A stretch of DNA of 60,584 bases, counting the filler. It is 5 parts of 5 records of this genome, joined end to end, with 100 filler letters (N's around TTAATTAATTAA, not from the genome) between each part and the next. Parts side by side here need not be neighbours in the genome. Positions count along the whole stretch, not along the records: positions 15,694 to 30,844 come from SRR22947725_2253; positions 30,945 to 39,722 come from SRR22947725_2254; 3 more parts are not named here. One strand, given 5' to 3'. Both the position numbers and the translations under genes were made by a program. Positions 22,335 to 32,401 of the stretch are shown here, piece after piece. The notes beneath the pieces were generated by a model. The model saw nothing but the letters and a program-made list of their open reading frames with translations, had not been told where the DNA came from and did not search any database. The stretch's first letter is position 1, and each line of letters starts with the position of its first letter.

Positions 22335-22360
22335 TACGCAGTTGTTTGTGTTTTGGATCA
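22335..22360 (-). promoter_or_regulatory. RpoE-dependent autoregulatory promoter of rpoE-chrR
   Basis: Minus strand reads TGATCC-N15-GCGTA, matching the Rhodobacter sigmaE consensus (TGATCC / CGTA). Confidence 0.85.
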
Positions 22361-22379
22361 TTTTTTTTTATTTCATTTT

Positions 22380-22405
22380 TGATCTATTAGATGACTAAGT
22401 TCGTA
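22380..22405 (+). promoter_or_regulatory. RpoE-dependent promoter of the divergent fatty-acid modification operon
   Basis: TGATCT-N15-TCGTA, with the same spacing as the rpoE promoter. Confidence 0.75.
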
Positions 22406-22436
22406 ATAATAATAACCAATAATTGGATACTTTTCT

Positions 22437-23717
22437 ATGCCGTTTGAATTTCCACATACACAATCCAAAAACATTGCAGTGATTGGAGCTGGAATATCAG
22501 GAATGGGTGCGGCCCATCTTTTAGCTAAATCTCATTCTGTAACATTGTTTGAGTCTGAAAAGCGATTAGGTGGACATGCGCGAACTGTAATGGCAGGAAA
22601 AAATATGGATAAACCAGTTGATACTGGTTTTATTGTATTTAATTACGCAAATTACCCAAGAATGGCACAATTATTTGATACATTAGATGTTCCTGTCATT
22701 AAAAGTGATATGAGCTTTGGAGTGTCGGTTCATTCTGGAAAATTCGAATATGCTCTGAGAACACTAAACTCTTTATATGGCCAAAGATTAAATTTAATTC
22801 GTCCAAAATATCATAGAATGATATTAGACATTATCAAATTTAATAAGAGTGCTGAGAATTCTCTGGAAGGACCAGATATGAGTCTTAGGGACTTGTTAGA
22901 TAAGATTGGAACTGGTGAATGGTTTCGAGATTATTACATTCTTCCTTTCAGTGGAGCTATTTGGTCTTCTTCTATGGGCCAAATGTTAGATTTTCCTGCG
23001 GAGGCATTAATTAGGTTTTTTAAAAATCATAATTTGTTAGCAACGTCAGGACATCACCAATGGTATACAGTCAAAGGCGGCTCGATAGAGTACGTAAAAC
23101 TTTTAGAGCAGGATATGTTGAAGCGCGGGGTAAAAATTTGTAAGGGTTCTATTGTTAAAGGGGTTAAACGAACACCTTCAGGAGTTGAAATTCGTGTAAA
23201 TGGAGATGAGTGGCAAAGATTTGACAGTGTAGTTATGGCTAGTCATTCTGACCAGTCATTGCGAATGTTAGAGGACCCAACGGAAGATGAAACAAATTTA
23301 CTGTCGGCAATCAAGTATCAAAAAAACCATGCATTTTTACACTCAGATGAAGTTGTGATGCCAAAACGTAAAAGATGTTGGTCTTCTTGGGTTTATGCAT
23401 CAGATGAAATTAATGACGTTAAACCTCTTGGGGTAAGTTATTGGATGAATCGATTGCAACCGATTTCTGGAAGCCAAAACTTCTTTCAATCTCTTAACCC
23501 AACCAGAGAGATAAAACAGGAACTAATATATGATCAAAAAGTGTTTATGCATCCAGTATTCGACCGTAAAGCAATAGATGCACAAAAAAAATTCAATACG
23601 ATACAAGGAAGAAACAATACTTGGTATTGTGGTGCTTGGCTTCGTAACGGTTTTCATGAAGATGGCTATTCTAGCGCAGTTGATATTTTAGAAAATATTG
23701 GAATGGTGCCTGCGTGA
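22437..23717 (+). CDS. FAD-dependent oxidoreductase, RSP_1091/UfaD-like fatty acid desaturase
   Basis: GAGISG Rossmann motif, RLGGHART, VDTGFIVFN..NYP, GFHEDG; divergent from rpoE-chrR. Confidence 0.85.
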   Translation: MPFEFPHTQSKNIAVIGAGISGMGAAHLLAKSHSVTLFESEKRLGGHARTVMAGKNMDKPVDTGFIVFNYANYPRMAQLFDTLDVPVIKSDMSFGVSVHSGKFEYALRTLNSLYGQRLNLIRPKYHRMILDIIKFNKSAENSLEGPDMSLRDLLDKIGTGEWFRDYYILPFSGAIWSSSMGQMLDFPAEALIRFFKNHNLLATSGHHQWYTVKGGSIEYVKLLEQDMLKRGVKICKGSIVKGVKRTPSGVEIRVNGDEWQRFDSVVMASHSDQSLRMLEDPTEDETNLLSAIKYQKNHAFLHSDEVVMPKRKRCWSSWVYASDEINDVKPLGVSYWMNRLQPISGSQNFFQSLNPTREIKQELIYDQKVFMHPVFDRKAIDAQKKFNTIQGRNNTWYCGAWLRNGFHEDGYSSAVDILENIGMVPA

Positions 23718-24472
23718 GTTCTGTTTTAGATCATATACATGGGAAAACTTTTCATGGTCGGCATGGAAATATAAAGAATAATTTTTCATATGGTGTTGAT
23801 TATATACTAACTGATTTAACAAATACAAATGGCCCACTATTTTATTCCAGAAATAACAAAAACTTAATATCTATATATGATAATGATTATGGAGGTTTAT
23901 CTCATAAAGAAACTGGATTGGACTGGGTTCGTAAAATTTTATTAATGTATGGGTTTAAGAATTTGTTAAATGGCAAGATATTTCTTTTAGCTCAGCCTAG
24001 AGTGTTTAATCATGTATTTAATCCAGTAAGTTTTTGGATGATTTATGATGAATTTTCATCACTAAGATTAGTTGTAGCAGAAGTTAGTAATACATTTGGA
24101 GATAGACATAGTTATTTATGCCACCATGATAATATGTCTGAGATTAAAAAAAATCATACTTTAACAGCAAGAAAAGTGTTTCATGTTTCTCCTTTTCAGG
24201 AAATATCTGGAGAATATAAATTTCGATTTGATATAACTGATCAATTTGTGGATATATGGATTGATTTTAGAAATAATGATAAAGGTGTCCTGGCTACTTT
24301 TTCTGGTGTTCGTCAAAAATTAACTAATCGATCTATTCTATCAACAATCATATTTCGACCTTTTGGCTCATTTAGGGTTTTAGCCCTTATACATTGGCAG
24401 GCTATTAAACTTAAATATAAAGGGGCAACTTTTAGAAAACGTCCTGTCCCAAATTCTAAGGACGTTTCGTGA
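23714..24472 (+). CDS. DUF1365 protein, RSP_1090/UfaO-like
   Basis: FNPVSFW, AEVSNTFGDRHSY, KVFHVSPF, IHWQA motifs. Confidence 0.88.
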   Translation: MSSVLDHIHGKTFHGRHGNIKNNFSYGVDYILTDLTNTNGPLFYSRNNKNLISIYDNDYGGLSHKETGLDWVRKILLMYGFKNLLNGKIFLLAQPRVFNHVFNPVSFWMIYDEFSSLRLVVAEVSNTFGDRHSYLCHHDNMSEIKKNHTLTARKVFHVSPFQEISGEYKFRFDITDQFVDIWIDFRNNDKGVLATFSGVRQKLTNRSILSTIIFRPFGSFRVLALIHWQAIKLKYKGATFRKRPVPNSKDVS

Positions 24473-24993
24473 TGGTGAAATATACAATACTAATATTTTT
24501 TATTCTTGTAGTTGGTTCACCGGAGGTATCGTACTCAAAAAATACATCAGAGATACCCGAAAAATGGTTAAAAAAAGGTGAAACTGTTACAAAAATTTTG
24601 GGAATATCATTATATAATGGTGTGCTATATACACCCAATGCTGATGCATTTGATATTGAAGGTCAATATGCATTGAGTTTATCATATTTGAGAAGTTTTA
24701 AATCAAGTACTTTGATAAAATCTACAATTAAAGAGATTGATCGAATTGAAGGATTAATTTCTCAAGATAAAAAAACTTTAAGAAAATTATTATCAAATTG
24801 TTTTGTTGATGTGTTGGCTGGTGACAGAATTACAGCCTTATCGCTTAGTAAAGATAAGGTTAGATTTTTCTACAATGGTTCAAAACAGTGTGATTTAGAA
24901 ATACTTGATATTAGGCGTAAGTTTTTTAGTATTTGGCTTGGTAATGATACACGTGATATCGAAGGATCACTTAGATTGCAGGGCCTAAAATAA
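24469..24993 (+). CDS. Chalcone-isomerase-like exported protein
   Basis: Signal peptide, G.....LG.SLY...LY, L.Y.R, DV..GD.I, FFSIWLG pattern. Confidence 0.7.
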   Translation: MMVKYTILIFFILVVGSPEVSYSKNTSEIPEKWLKKGETVTKILGISLYNGVLYTPNADAFDIEGQYALSLSYLRSFKSSTLIKSTIKEIDRIEGLISQDKKTLRKLLSNCFVDVLAGDRITALSLSKDKVRFFYNGSKQCDLEILDIRRKFFSIWLGNDTRDIEGSLRLQGLK

Positions 24994-26213
24994 TGCATTT
25001 TGGATTAGTTAGGTATAGCTTTTTTTCTGGGATGTTAGCATTTGCTGGTCTGCCTATTTATTTGCATGCTCCTAAATTCTTTTTAGACAACTATGATATA
25101 TCACTGACATTAATAGGGCTTACTCTATTGGCTCTTAGGTGTTTAGACTTTATCCAAGATCCACTTATTGGCCGTGCACTAGATAGTATGAGGAAGTGGC
25201 ACTCATTATTAGTTTTAATAATGGGGATGATAATTACATTTTCAATGATGGCTTTATTTGCTGTAAGCGCAATTGGAGATCCTTTAATTTGGTTTATTGT
25301 ATGGATGATATTATTGTTTTCTAGTTTTTCAGTTTTATCAATTTTATTTTATTCGCAAGGTGTGCAGAAAGCAAAAACTCTTGGTGAAAAGGGTCATATT
25401 AGGCTTGCTGTATGGAGAGAATCTGGTGGATTAATAGGAGTTTGTTTAGCCTCTGCTCTTCCTGCAGTTTTTAAATATTTTGAAATAATAAATGATATGA
25501 CTTGGTTTTCAATATCATTTACAATAATTGTATTTATTTCAATTTTTCTGATGAAGAAAGAATGGCATGTAAGTTTGTTGCCAAATAGTAATTTAAAGGT
25601 AATATTTAAGGACCCAGTCTTAAGAAGGTTAATAATTATTGCCTTATTGAATGCTGCGCCTCTTGCTGTAACAACAACTTTATTTTTGTTTTATGTTGAA
25701 TATTGTCTTGGACCTAAATTTTCAGCGGGTTTATTTCTTGTGATATTTTTCATCGCAGCAGCATTATCTGTTCCTATATGGGGTATTTTAGGAAGATATT
25801 TTTCACCAAGGAAAATATTAATATTTGCAATGTTATCCTCGATTAGTATTTTTGCTTTTGTTCTTAGTTTAGGAGCGGGAGATTATATTTCTTTTGCAAT
25901 TGTTTGTTGTCTTTCTGGTTTTACTTTGGGTGCTGATATGACAATTCTTCCTGCAGTTTTTGCTCGTAGAATTGATCATATTGGTATGAATGCTGGGCAA
26001 GCTTTTGGAGTCTGGAGTTTTTGCGCTAAGTTCACACTAGCTGTTTCCGCAGCTTTCGTTTTGCCCGCATTAGATTGGGTTGGTTTCTCAACAATTGAAA
26101 CAAATACAGCAAAAGCACTTTGGGCACTAACATTACTTTATGCAGGGCTTCCTTGTATTTTAAAACTTGGAGCTGTGATGATGCTTTCATCTAATTATTT
26201 AAAGGAGATATAA
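24993..26213 (+). CDS. MFS (GPH/sugar-cation symporter-like) transporter, RSP_1089-like
   Basis: About 12 TMs; GLPIY, LDFIQDP.IG, FGVWSF..K, YAGLPC.LK motifs. Confidence 0.85.
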   Translation: MHFGLVRYSFFSGMLAFAGLPIYLHAPKFFLDNYDISLTLIGLTLLALRCLDFIQDPLIGRALDSMRKWHSLLVLIMGMIITFSMMALFAVSAIGDPLIWFIVWMILLFSSFSVLSILFYSQGVQKAKTLGEKGHIRLAVWRESGGLIGVCLASALPAVFKYFEIINDMTWFSISFTIIVFISIFLMKKEWHVSLLPNSNLKVIFKDPVLRRLIIIALLNAAPLAVTTTLFLFYVEYCLGPKFSAGLFLVIFFIAAALSVPIWGILGRYFSPRKILIFAMLSSISIFAFVLSLGAGDYISFAIVCCLSGFTLGADMTILPAVFARRIDHIGMNAGQAFGVWSFCAKFTLAVSAAFVLPALDWVGFSTIETNTAKALWALTLLYAGLPCILKLGAVMMLSSNYLKEI

Positions 26214-26780
26214 ATGACCTTGTATTTTTCAACTATATTGTTTGGTGCAATATTTGCAGTTTTTATAACCTGGTTATGTATTATAAAATTTGGGTTTCTT
26301 TCACAGAAACCTGGTCATTATAGTAATCAGGGTACTGAATTTGATATTCGTGAAAGACTATGTGGAGACATGATTTGTGAGGGTGTAATCTATGGCCCTT
26401 TTGGAAAAGTAAACACAAGGTTTGTTGCTTATATGCATGCAAAGTGGGATGGTGATGTTGGCCATATGACTGAATCTTTCACTTATGATAACGGAGATAA
26501 ATTAGAACGTATTTGGGACCTGAAGGTAATGGGTAGTAATGGAATAATTGAAGCTACGGCCCCAGATATTATTGGTATCGGTGCAGGCAAGCAATCTGGA
26601 AGTGGAGTTCGGTTATGTTATAAAATTAAACTACCAAAATCTGCAGGAGGTTTTGTATTAAATACCGTTGATTGGCTTTACCTAATGGAAAATGGAACAA
26701 TAATAAATAGATCACAATTTCGTAAGTTTGGAATAAAAGTTGGTGAATTAGTGGCTAATATGCGAAAAATTGATACATGA
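26214..26780 (+). CDS. DUF3833 (lipocalin-like) protein, RSP_1088-like
   Basis: EGVIYGP.G, E.F.YD.G, DW.YL..NGTIINRS.F.KFG motifs. Confidence 0.85.
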   Translation: MTLYFSTILFGAIFAVFITWLCIIKFGFLSQKPGHYSNQGTEFDIRERLCGDMICEGVIYGPFGKVNTRFVAYMHAKWDGDVGHMTESFTYDNGDKLERIWDLKVMGSNGIIEATAPDIIGIGAGKQSGSGVRLCYKIKLPKSAGGFVLNTVDWLYLMENGTIINRSQFRKFGIKVGELVANMRKIDT

Positions 26781-27514
26781 AATTTTATAAAAAAAAATAT
26801 TGGATTATTGGGGCTTCTGAAGGTTTGGGGCGTGCACTAGCATTCCAATTATCAGAAATGGGAGCTGATCTTATAGTTAGTGCAAGGAATGAAGTTAGAT
26901 TAAATGAATTATCTGACTTAACAAAAGCAAAAGTCTTAGCGTTTGATGTTCTTGATATGGACGGGGTTAAGCAGGCATGTAAATCAGTCGGCAAAATAGA
27001 TGGAATTATTTATGCAGCAGGCGATTATACACCAATGAATTCTGCTACTTGGAATATTGATGAAGTTGAGAAGATGATTGCTATTAATTTTACTGGAGCC
27101 GCAAGGGTTTTAGGCTTAGTAATTCCAAAATTTTTAAATCAAGATTATGGTCATATTGTTTTGATAGGAAGCCTTTCAGGATTTCGAGGACTTCCAAATG
27201 CAATTGGATATGGTGCTTCAAAAGCAGGAATGATGCATTTGGCTGAAAATATTAAAGCTGATTTATATAAATCCACAATAAAAGTTCAGTTAATAAATCC
27301 TGGTTTTATTACTACTCGCCTGACAGAAAAAAATAGTTTTAAAATGCCATTTATAATGTCAGCTGATGAGGCGGCAAATTATGTTATAAGTGCGATGAAA
27401 AAAAACCACTTCCAAACAAATTTTCCATATTTGTTTTCATTACTATTTAGGGCAACAAATTTCTTACCAGCTTTTTTATACTTTTGGTTATTTTCATCAA
27501 AAAATAAAAAATAA
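26777..27514 (+). CDS. Short-chain dehydrogenase/reductase, RSP_1087-like
   Basis: IGASEGLG, YGASK catalytic motif, NPGFITTRLT. Confidence 0.92.
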   Translation: MKFYKKKYWIIGASEGLGRALAFQLSEMGADLIVSARNEVRLNELSDLTKAKVLAFDVLDMDGVKQACKSVGKIDGIIYAAGDYTPMNSATWNIDEVEKMIAINFTGAARVLGLVIPKFLNQDYGHIVLIGSLSGFRGLPNAIGYGASKAGMMHLAENIKADLYKSTIKVQLINPGFITTRLTEKNSFKMPFIMSADEAANYVISAMKKNHFQTNFPYLFSLLFRATNFLPAFLYFWLFSSKNKK

Positions 27515-27620
27515 TATTTGAATGCTACAAGGCGTAAAATTTACCTTTGATGTCGGTTCTTTCTTTGGATTTGAAGTGCATTTATGATAAAAATATATTA
27601 ATTTTCTATTAGGATTTCAA

Positions 27621-30380
27621 ATGGCTGATAAAATTAAATTTAATTTAGATGGTAACTCTGTTGAAGCGGAGCCCGGTGAGACAATCTGGGAAGTAGCAAA
27701 AAAACATGGTACAACTATTCCTCATTTATGCCATTCTGGAAAAAAAGGTTACCGTTCAGATGGTAACTGTAGAGCATGTATGGTTGAAGTTGATGGTGAG
27801 AGAACACTAGCAGCGTCATGTATTAGAACACCAGTACCAGATATGGTTGTAAAAACTGAAAGCCATCGCGCTAAATCAGCTCGCAAGATGGTTATGGAAT
27901 TATTACTAACAGATCAGCCTTCAAATGATAAAGCACATGATAAGTCATCTCATCTGTGGGATATGGCAAAATTAGAAGATGTTTCTGAAAGCAGATTTCC
28001 TGAGCTAGAAATAAATAGAATTCCTTTATTAGATGACAGTCATGTTGCAATGAGCGTGAATCTAGATGCATGCATACAATGTAACTTGTGTGTACGAGCA
28101 TGTAGAGAAGTACAAGTTAACGATGTTATTGGTTTAGCGGGACGTGGGCATGATGCAAAAATTGTGTTTGATATGGATGATCCAATGGGAGAATCGTCAT
28201 GCGTTGCTTGTGGTGAATGCGTTCAGGCTTGTCCAACTGGTGCGCTAATGCCTTCAACTGGTGTGGATGAAGCACAGGTTGGTGACAGCATGGATTTTGA
28301 TCGAGAGGTCAAATCTGTATGCCCTTTCTGTGGTGTTGGCTGCCAAATAAGTTTGAAAATAAAAGATGATAAAGTAAAATGGGTAGACGGTATTGATGGC
28401 CCTGCTAATGAAAATCGATTGTGTGTTAAAGGACGATTTGGTTTTGATTACATTGATCATAGTCACCGCTTAAAAAAGCCATTAATCAGAATAGATGGTG
28501 CGCCAAAAGGGCTTAATGTAAACCCTGAAGACCCTTCCACGCATTTCCGAGAGGCATCGTGGGAAGAGGCGCTAACTTTTGCTGCTAATGGTCTGCGTGG
28601 CCGTGGCCGTGAAGTCGCAGGTTTTGGTTCAGCTAAATGTACAAATGAAGAGGCATATTTATTTCAAAAATTTATTAGACAAGGTTTTGGACATAATAAT
28701 GTTGATCACTGTACGAGGCTTTGTCATGCTTCATCTGTCGCAGCATTGATGGAAAATGTTGGATCTGCTGCGGTAACAGCAACATTCAATGAAATTGAAA
28801 ATGCAGATGTAGCAATTGTTATAGGAGCTAATCCTTCCGAAAATCATCCAGTAGCAGCCACATATTTTAAACAGTTTAGTAAACGTGGTGGAAAGTTGAT
28901 TGTAATGGATCCGCGTGGTCAGGCCTTAAAACGTCATTCGTCACATATGTTACAGTTTAGACCTGGTGCAGATGTTTCAATGTTAAATGCTATTATGCAC
29001 GTTATTGTTGAGGAGGGTTTATATGATGATGATTATGTTGCTAAATACACTGAAAATTGGGAAGCACAAAAAGAACATTTAAAAGCTTTCAGTCCAGAAA
29101 AAATGGCACCAATATGCGGTATTGATGCTGAAATGCTTCGTGATGTAGCACGTACATTTGCAAATGCAAAAGCAGGTATGATTTTTTGGGGTATGGGTGT
29201 GTCACAACACATACATGGTACAGATAACTCACGTTGTTTGATTTCACTTGCCTTTATGACCGGTAATGTAGGGAAGCCTGGAGCAGGATTGCATCCTCTT
29301 AGGGGGCAAAATAATGTTCAGGGTGCATCTGACGCAGGTATGATTCCTATGTTTTTACCTGATTATCAGCCTGTATCGGATGATGGTGTCAGATCAGCTT
29401 TTACGGAAGTTTGGAAATCTGAGGACTTCAGTTCTGAACGTGGCCTAACTGTGGTTGAAATTATTGAAGCAATTCATAATGATAATATTAAAGCCATGTA
29501 TATCCTTGGGGAAAACCCCGCTATGTCTGATCCAGATGTTGAACATGCTCGTGATGCATTGGCAAAATTAGATCATCTGGTCGTTCAGGATATATTCTTA
29601 ACAGAAACAGCTAATTATGCAGATGTTATATTTCCTGCATCAGCGTTTGCAGAAAAAAATGGAACTGTTACAAATACAAACCGACAAGTTCAAATGGGCC
29701 GCTCAGCTGTAAAAGCACCAGGTGAAGCACGAGAAGATTGGGAAATTACAGTAGAGCTTGCTAAGCGATGTGGCTTAGATTGGAATTATACGCATCCAAG
29801 ACAAGTGTTTGATGAAATGAAACTAAACATGGAATCATTAAACAATATTACTTGGGATCGCTTGGAAGAAGAAAGTGTAGTTACTTACCCTAGTTTATCC
29901 CCTACTGATCCTGGACAATCAATTGTATTCGGGGATGGCTTCCCTCGCTTAGATGGCAGGGGAAAATTTACTCCTGCATCAATCATTGCGCCTGATGATG
30001 TTCCAGATGCTGAATATCCCATGATATTGACTACTGGGAGACAATTAGAACATTGGCATACAGGTTCAATGACAAGAAGAGCTACAGTACTTGATGCAGT
30101 TGAGCCAGAAGCAAATTGTTCTCTGCATCCCAAAACTTTGAGAAAGTTAGGTGTTGTGGCTGGAGAAATGTTAACTTTAACGACAAAGCGTGGTTCAATT
30201 GATGTAATGGCGCGAGCGGATAGAGCTATATCAGAAGATATGGTGTTTTTACCTTTTGCATATGTTGAAGCAGCAGCAAATATTTTGACTAATTCTGCTT
30301 TAGACCCTTATGGGAAGATACCAGAATTTAAATTTTCTGCAGTTAAAGTAGAAAAAACGACTCAGGTGGCAGCAGAGTAA
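27621..30380 (+). CDS. fdhF: Mo/W-bisPGD formate dehydrogenase alpha subunit with N-terminal 2Fe-2S and 4Fe-4S domains
   Basis: IPHLC...CRAC, two CxxCxxCxxxC motifs, CPFCGVGC, DHCTRLCH (Cys ligand), LRGQNNVQG, IPEFK. Confidence 0.93.
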   Translation: MADKIKFNLDGNSVEAEPGETIWEVAKKHGTTIPHLCHSGKKGYRSDGNCRACMVEVDGERTLAASCIRTPVPDMVVKTESHRAKSARKMVMELLLTDQPSNDKAHDKSSHLWDMAKLEDVSESRFPELEINRIPLLDDSHVAMSVNLDACIQCNLCVRACREVQVNDVIGLAGRGHDAKIVFDMDDPMGESSCVACGECVQACPTGALMPSTGVDEAQVGDSMDFDREVKSVCPFCGVGCQISLKIKDDKVKWVDGIDGPANENRLCVKGRFGFDYIDHSHRLKKPLIRIDGAPKGLNVNPEDPSTHFREASWEEALTFAANGLRGRGREVAGFGSAKCTNEEAYLFQKFIRQGFGHNNVDHCTRLCHASSVAALMENVGSAAVTATFNEIENADVAIVIGANPSENHPVAATYFKQFSKRGGKLIVMDPRGQALKRHSSHMLQFRPGADVSMLNAIMHVIVEEGLYDDDYVAKYTENWEAQKEHLKAFSPEKMAPICGIDAEMLRDVARTFANAKAGMIFWGMGVSQHIHGTDNSRCLISLAFMTGNVGKPGAGLHPLRGQNNVQGASDAGMIPMFLPDYQPVSDDGVRSAFTEVWKSEDFSSERGLTVVEIIEAIHNDNIKAMYILGENPAMSDPDVEHARDALAKLDHLVVQDIFLTETANYADVIFPASAFAEKNGTVTNTNRQVQMGRSAVKAPGEAREDWEITVELAKRCGLDWNYTHPRQVFDEMKLNMESLNNITWDRLEEESVVTYPSLSPTDPGQSIVFGDGFPRLDGRGKFTPASIIAPDDVPDAEYPMILTTGRQLEHWHTGSMTRRATVLDAVEPEANCSLHPKTLRKLGVVAGEMLTLTTKRGSIDVMARADRAISEDMVFLPFAYVEAAANILTNSALDPYGKIPEFKFSAVKVEKTTQVAAE

Positions 30381-30444
30381 ATTTTATTATGTTAATTTCA
30401 CATTATAATTTGTTGTTAAGCTACCTTTTAATTTTTTAAAAGGC

Positions 30445-30477
30445 TACTATTGGTTGCAATAGTTGCAGCCAATAGTA
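30445..30477 (+). terminator. Long hairpin downstream of fdh (possible terminator or 3' stabiliser)
   Basis: TACTATTGGTTGCAA-TAG-TTGCAGCCAATAGTA: 15-bp stem with one U.G pair on the + strand; no clear U-tract. Confidence 0.4.
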
Positions 30478-30555
30478 TAAAAAATAATTTAATTTTTAAA
30501 TGCTTTGATTTAACTAATTACATAATAATATAGATTTTATCATTGAATTAAAACG

Positions 30556-30580
30556 AAAAAAGCCGCTGAAAAGCGGCTTT
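30556..30580 (-). terminator. Rho-independent terminator after rpmJ
   Basis: Minus strand reads AAAGCCGC-TTTTCA-GCGGCTTTTTT. Confidence 0.8.
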
Positions 30581-30601
30581 GAGATCTCGTATTCTTATAT
30601 G

Positions 30602-30727
30602 TTACCCTTGGCGTGCTTTAAAGCGAGGCTGAGTTTTATTGATAACATATACACGGCCCTTGCGGCGCACAACACGACAGTCGCGGTGGCGCGCTTTTAG
30701 CGAGCGAAGTGAGCTTTTGACCTTCAT
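30602..30727 (-). CDS. rpmJ: 50S ribosomal protein L36, zinc-free type B (missing from the ORF track)
   Basis: Hand translation gives [41 protein letters not shown], with an AAGGAG Shine-Dalgarno. Confidence 0.97.
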   Translation of the reverse strand: MKVKSSLRSLKARHRDCRVVRRKGRVYVINKTQPRFKARQG

Positions 30728-30794
30728 GGGCCTTCTCCTTTTTCGCACATCACAAAAGCGATGCGCCAGTTTAAATTAGCCCATATGGGCTGGT

Positions 30795-30844
30795 TGGTGG
30801 GCGTAACTGGGATTGAACCAGTGACCCCTTCGATGTCAACGAAG
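30795..30844 (-). tRNA. tRNA-Val(GAC), 5' part cut by the contig end
   Basis: Minus strand: anticodon arm CTTCG-TTGACAT-CGAAG, T arm ACTGG-TTCAATC-CCAGT, then TACGCCC-ACCA. Confidence 0.92.
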
Positions 30845-30944
30845 NNNNNNNNNNNNNNNNNNNNNNNNNNNNNNNNNNNNNNNNNNNNTTAATTAATTAA
30901 NNNNNNNNNNNNNNNNNNNNNNNNNNNNNNNNNNNNNNNNNNNN
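30845..30944. other. Artificial contig linker
   Basis: N44-TTAATTAATTAA-N44. Confidence 0.98.
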
Positions 30945-32084
30945 AAAGGGAAACTTACCGACTTTAATATTATAGCCTTCCTGTAGAGCATTAGCTTCGG
31001 TCAGCCCCACACTTGCGATCTGTGGATAGCAGTAAGTACAACCAGCTATTGAATTAGGTTTTATCGGATGCACTGGTGTCTTATTAGCGATCAGCTCAGC
31101 TACCATCACACCTTCATGACTGGCTTTGTGTGCAAGCCAAGGAGCACCAGCTATATCACCGATTGCATAGATGCCAGCAATATCAGTGCGACAATATTCG
31201 TCAGTAACAACATGGTTCCTATCAATTCGAACGCCGAGCGCCTCCAAACCAAGGTTTTCGGTATTCCCGACAATTCCTACTGCAGAAATAACAGTATCAA
31301 ATGTTTGCTGCTCAACTTTACCACAAATTTCAATGTGGGCAGTTGCCAGACCTTTTTCACGGTCCAACTTTTTTACTGTAGCATTTTCTATTATCTTCAT
31401 ACCTTGTTTTTCAAAGGCTTTTTTTGCAAAGGCACTAATCTCTGCGTCCTCAATTGGCAGAATTCGATCCAACACCTCCACAACAGTAGTATCTGCTCCA
31501 AGCGTGTTATAAAAACTTGCAAACTCAATGCCTATTGCTCCAGAACCAATCACCAATAGTTTCTTGGGCATCCGTTTAGGAGTAAGTGCGGAGCGATAAG
31601 TCCAAACCAACTCATCATCCGCTTCCAAGCCGGGCAATTCACGAGCCCGAGCTCCAGTTGCTAAAATAATGGATTTAGCGGTTAACTCTTCTATTTGCTT
31701 GCCCGTTTTAATGGAAACTTGACCCTTAGCGGGAATCATTCCTTCACCTTTAAAAAGTGAAATTTTATTTTTTTTGATTAGATGGCCGATTCCGCTCGAT
31801 AGTTGCCCAGCAACTTTTCGGGAACGCTTCACTACAGCATCTAAATCGTAATCGATATTATCAGCTTTTAGGCCAAACTCTTTGGCACGGTGCATGAGGT
31901 GCAAAACTTCAGCAGAACGCAGCATCGCTTTTGTTGGAATACAGCCCCAATTGAGACAAATCCCGCCAAGATTCTCACGTTCCACTATCGCCACACTTAA
32001 ACCCAATTGTGCAGATCTTATTGCAGCGACATAACCTCCAGGACCAGAGCCAATAACTACCACATCAAAAGATTTTGCCGCCAT
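30945..32084 (-). CDS. lpdA: Dihydrolipoamide dehydrogenase, 3'-truncated
   Basis: GSGPGGYVAAIR, GGICLNWGCIPTK, GSGAIGIEFA, LAHKASHEG motifs. Confidence 0.96.
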
Positions 32085-32115
32085 CGTATAGTCCTCACAG
32101 ATTGCTGTTGTACAT

Positions 32116-32135
32116 ATAGTTTAGCGTTAAACTAT
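32116..32135. promoter_or_regulatory. Palindromic candidate operator upstream of lpdA
   Basis: ATAGTTTA-GCGT-TAAACTAT, perfect 8-bp arms about 30 nt upstream of the lpdA start. Confidence 0.5.
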
Positions 32136-32401
32136 TTTTTTTGACTTCTCAATATTAAGCATGCGAAGCAACAACATATCAGAAAACAACGCAATGTCGC
32201 CTCAAATTAGATAAATAAAATGAGTTAATTTCTTGTAATTTCCAATAATAGCAGTTTATCTTTGCAGCTTCAAAGTAGAATAGTTTCATTTAAAATATAT
32301 TAAATAGGATATACTCTAACTAGTAGATTTGATAATTTAATTTATCTTAAGCGCTTCGCTGATAAGCTCAAACTTGTAAAGATTAAATATAAATTACAAT
32401 T

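Noticed and set aside
30602-30727. Zinc-free L36 as a sign of special zinc-starvation adaptation
   Set aside because: The zinc-free type is the standard L36 in Alphaproteobacteria.
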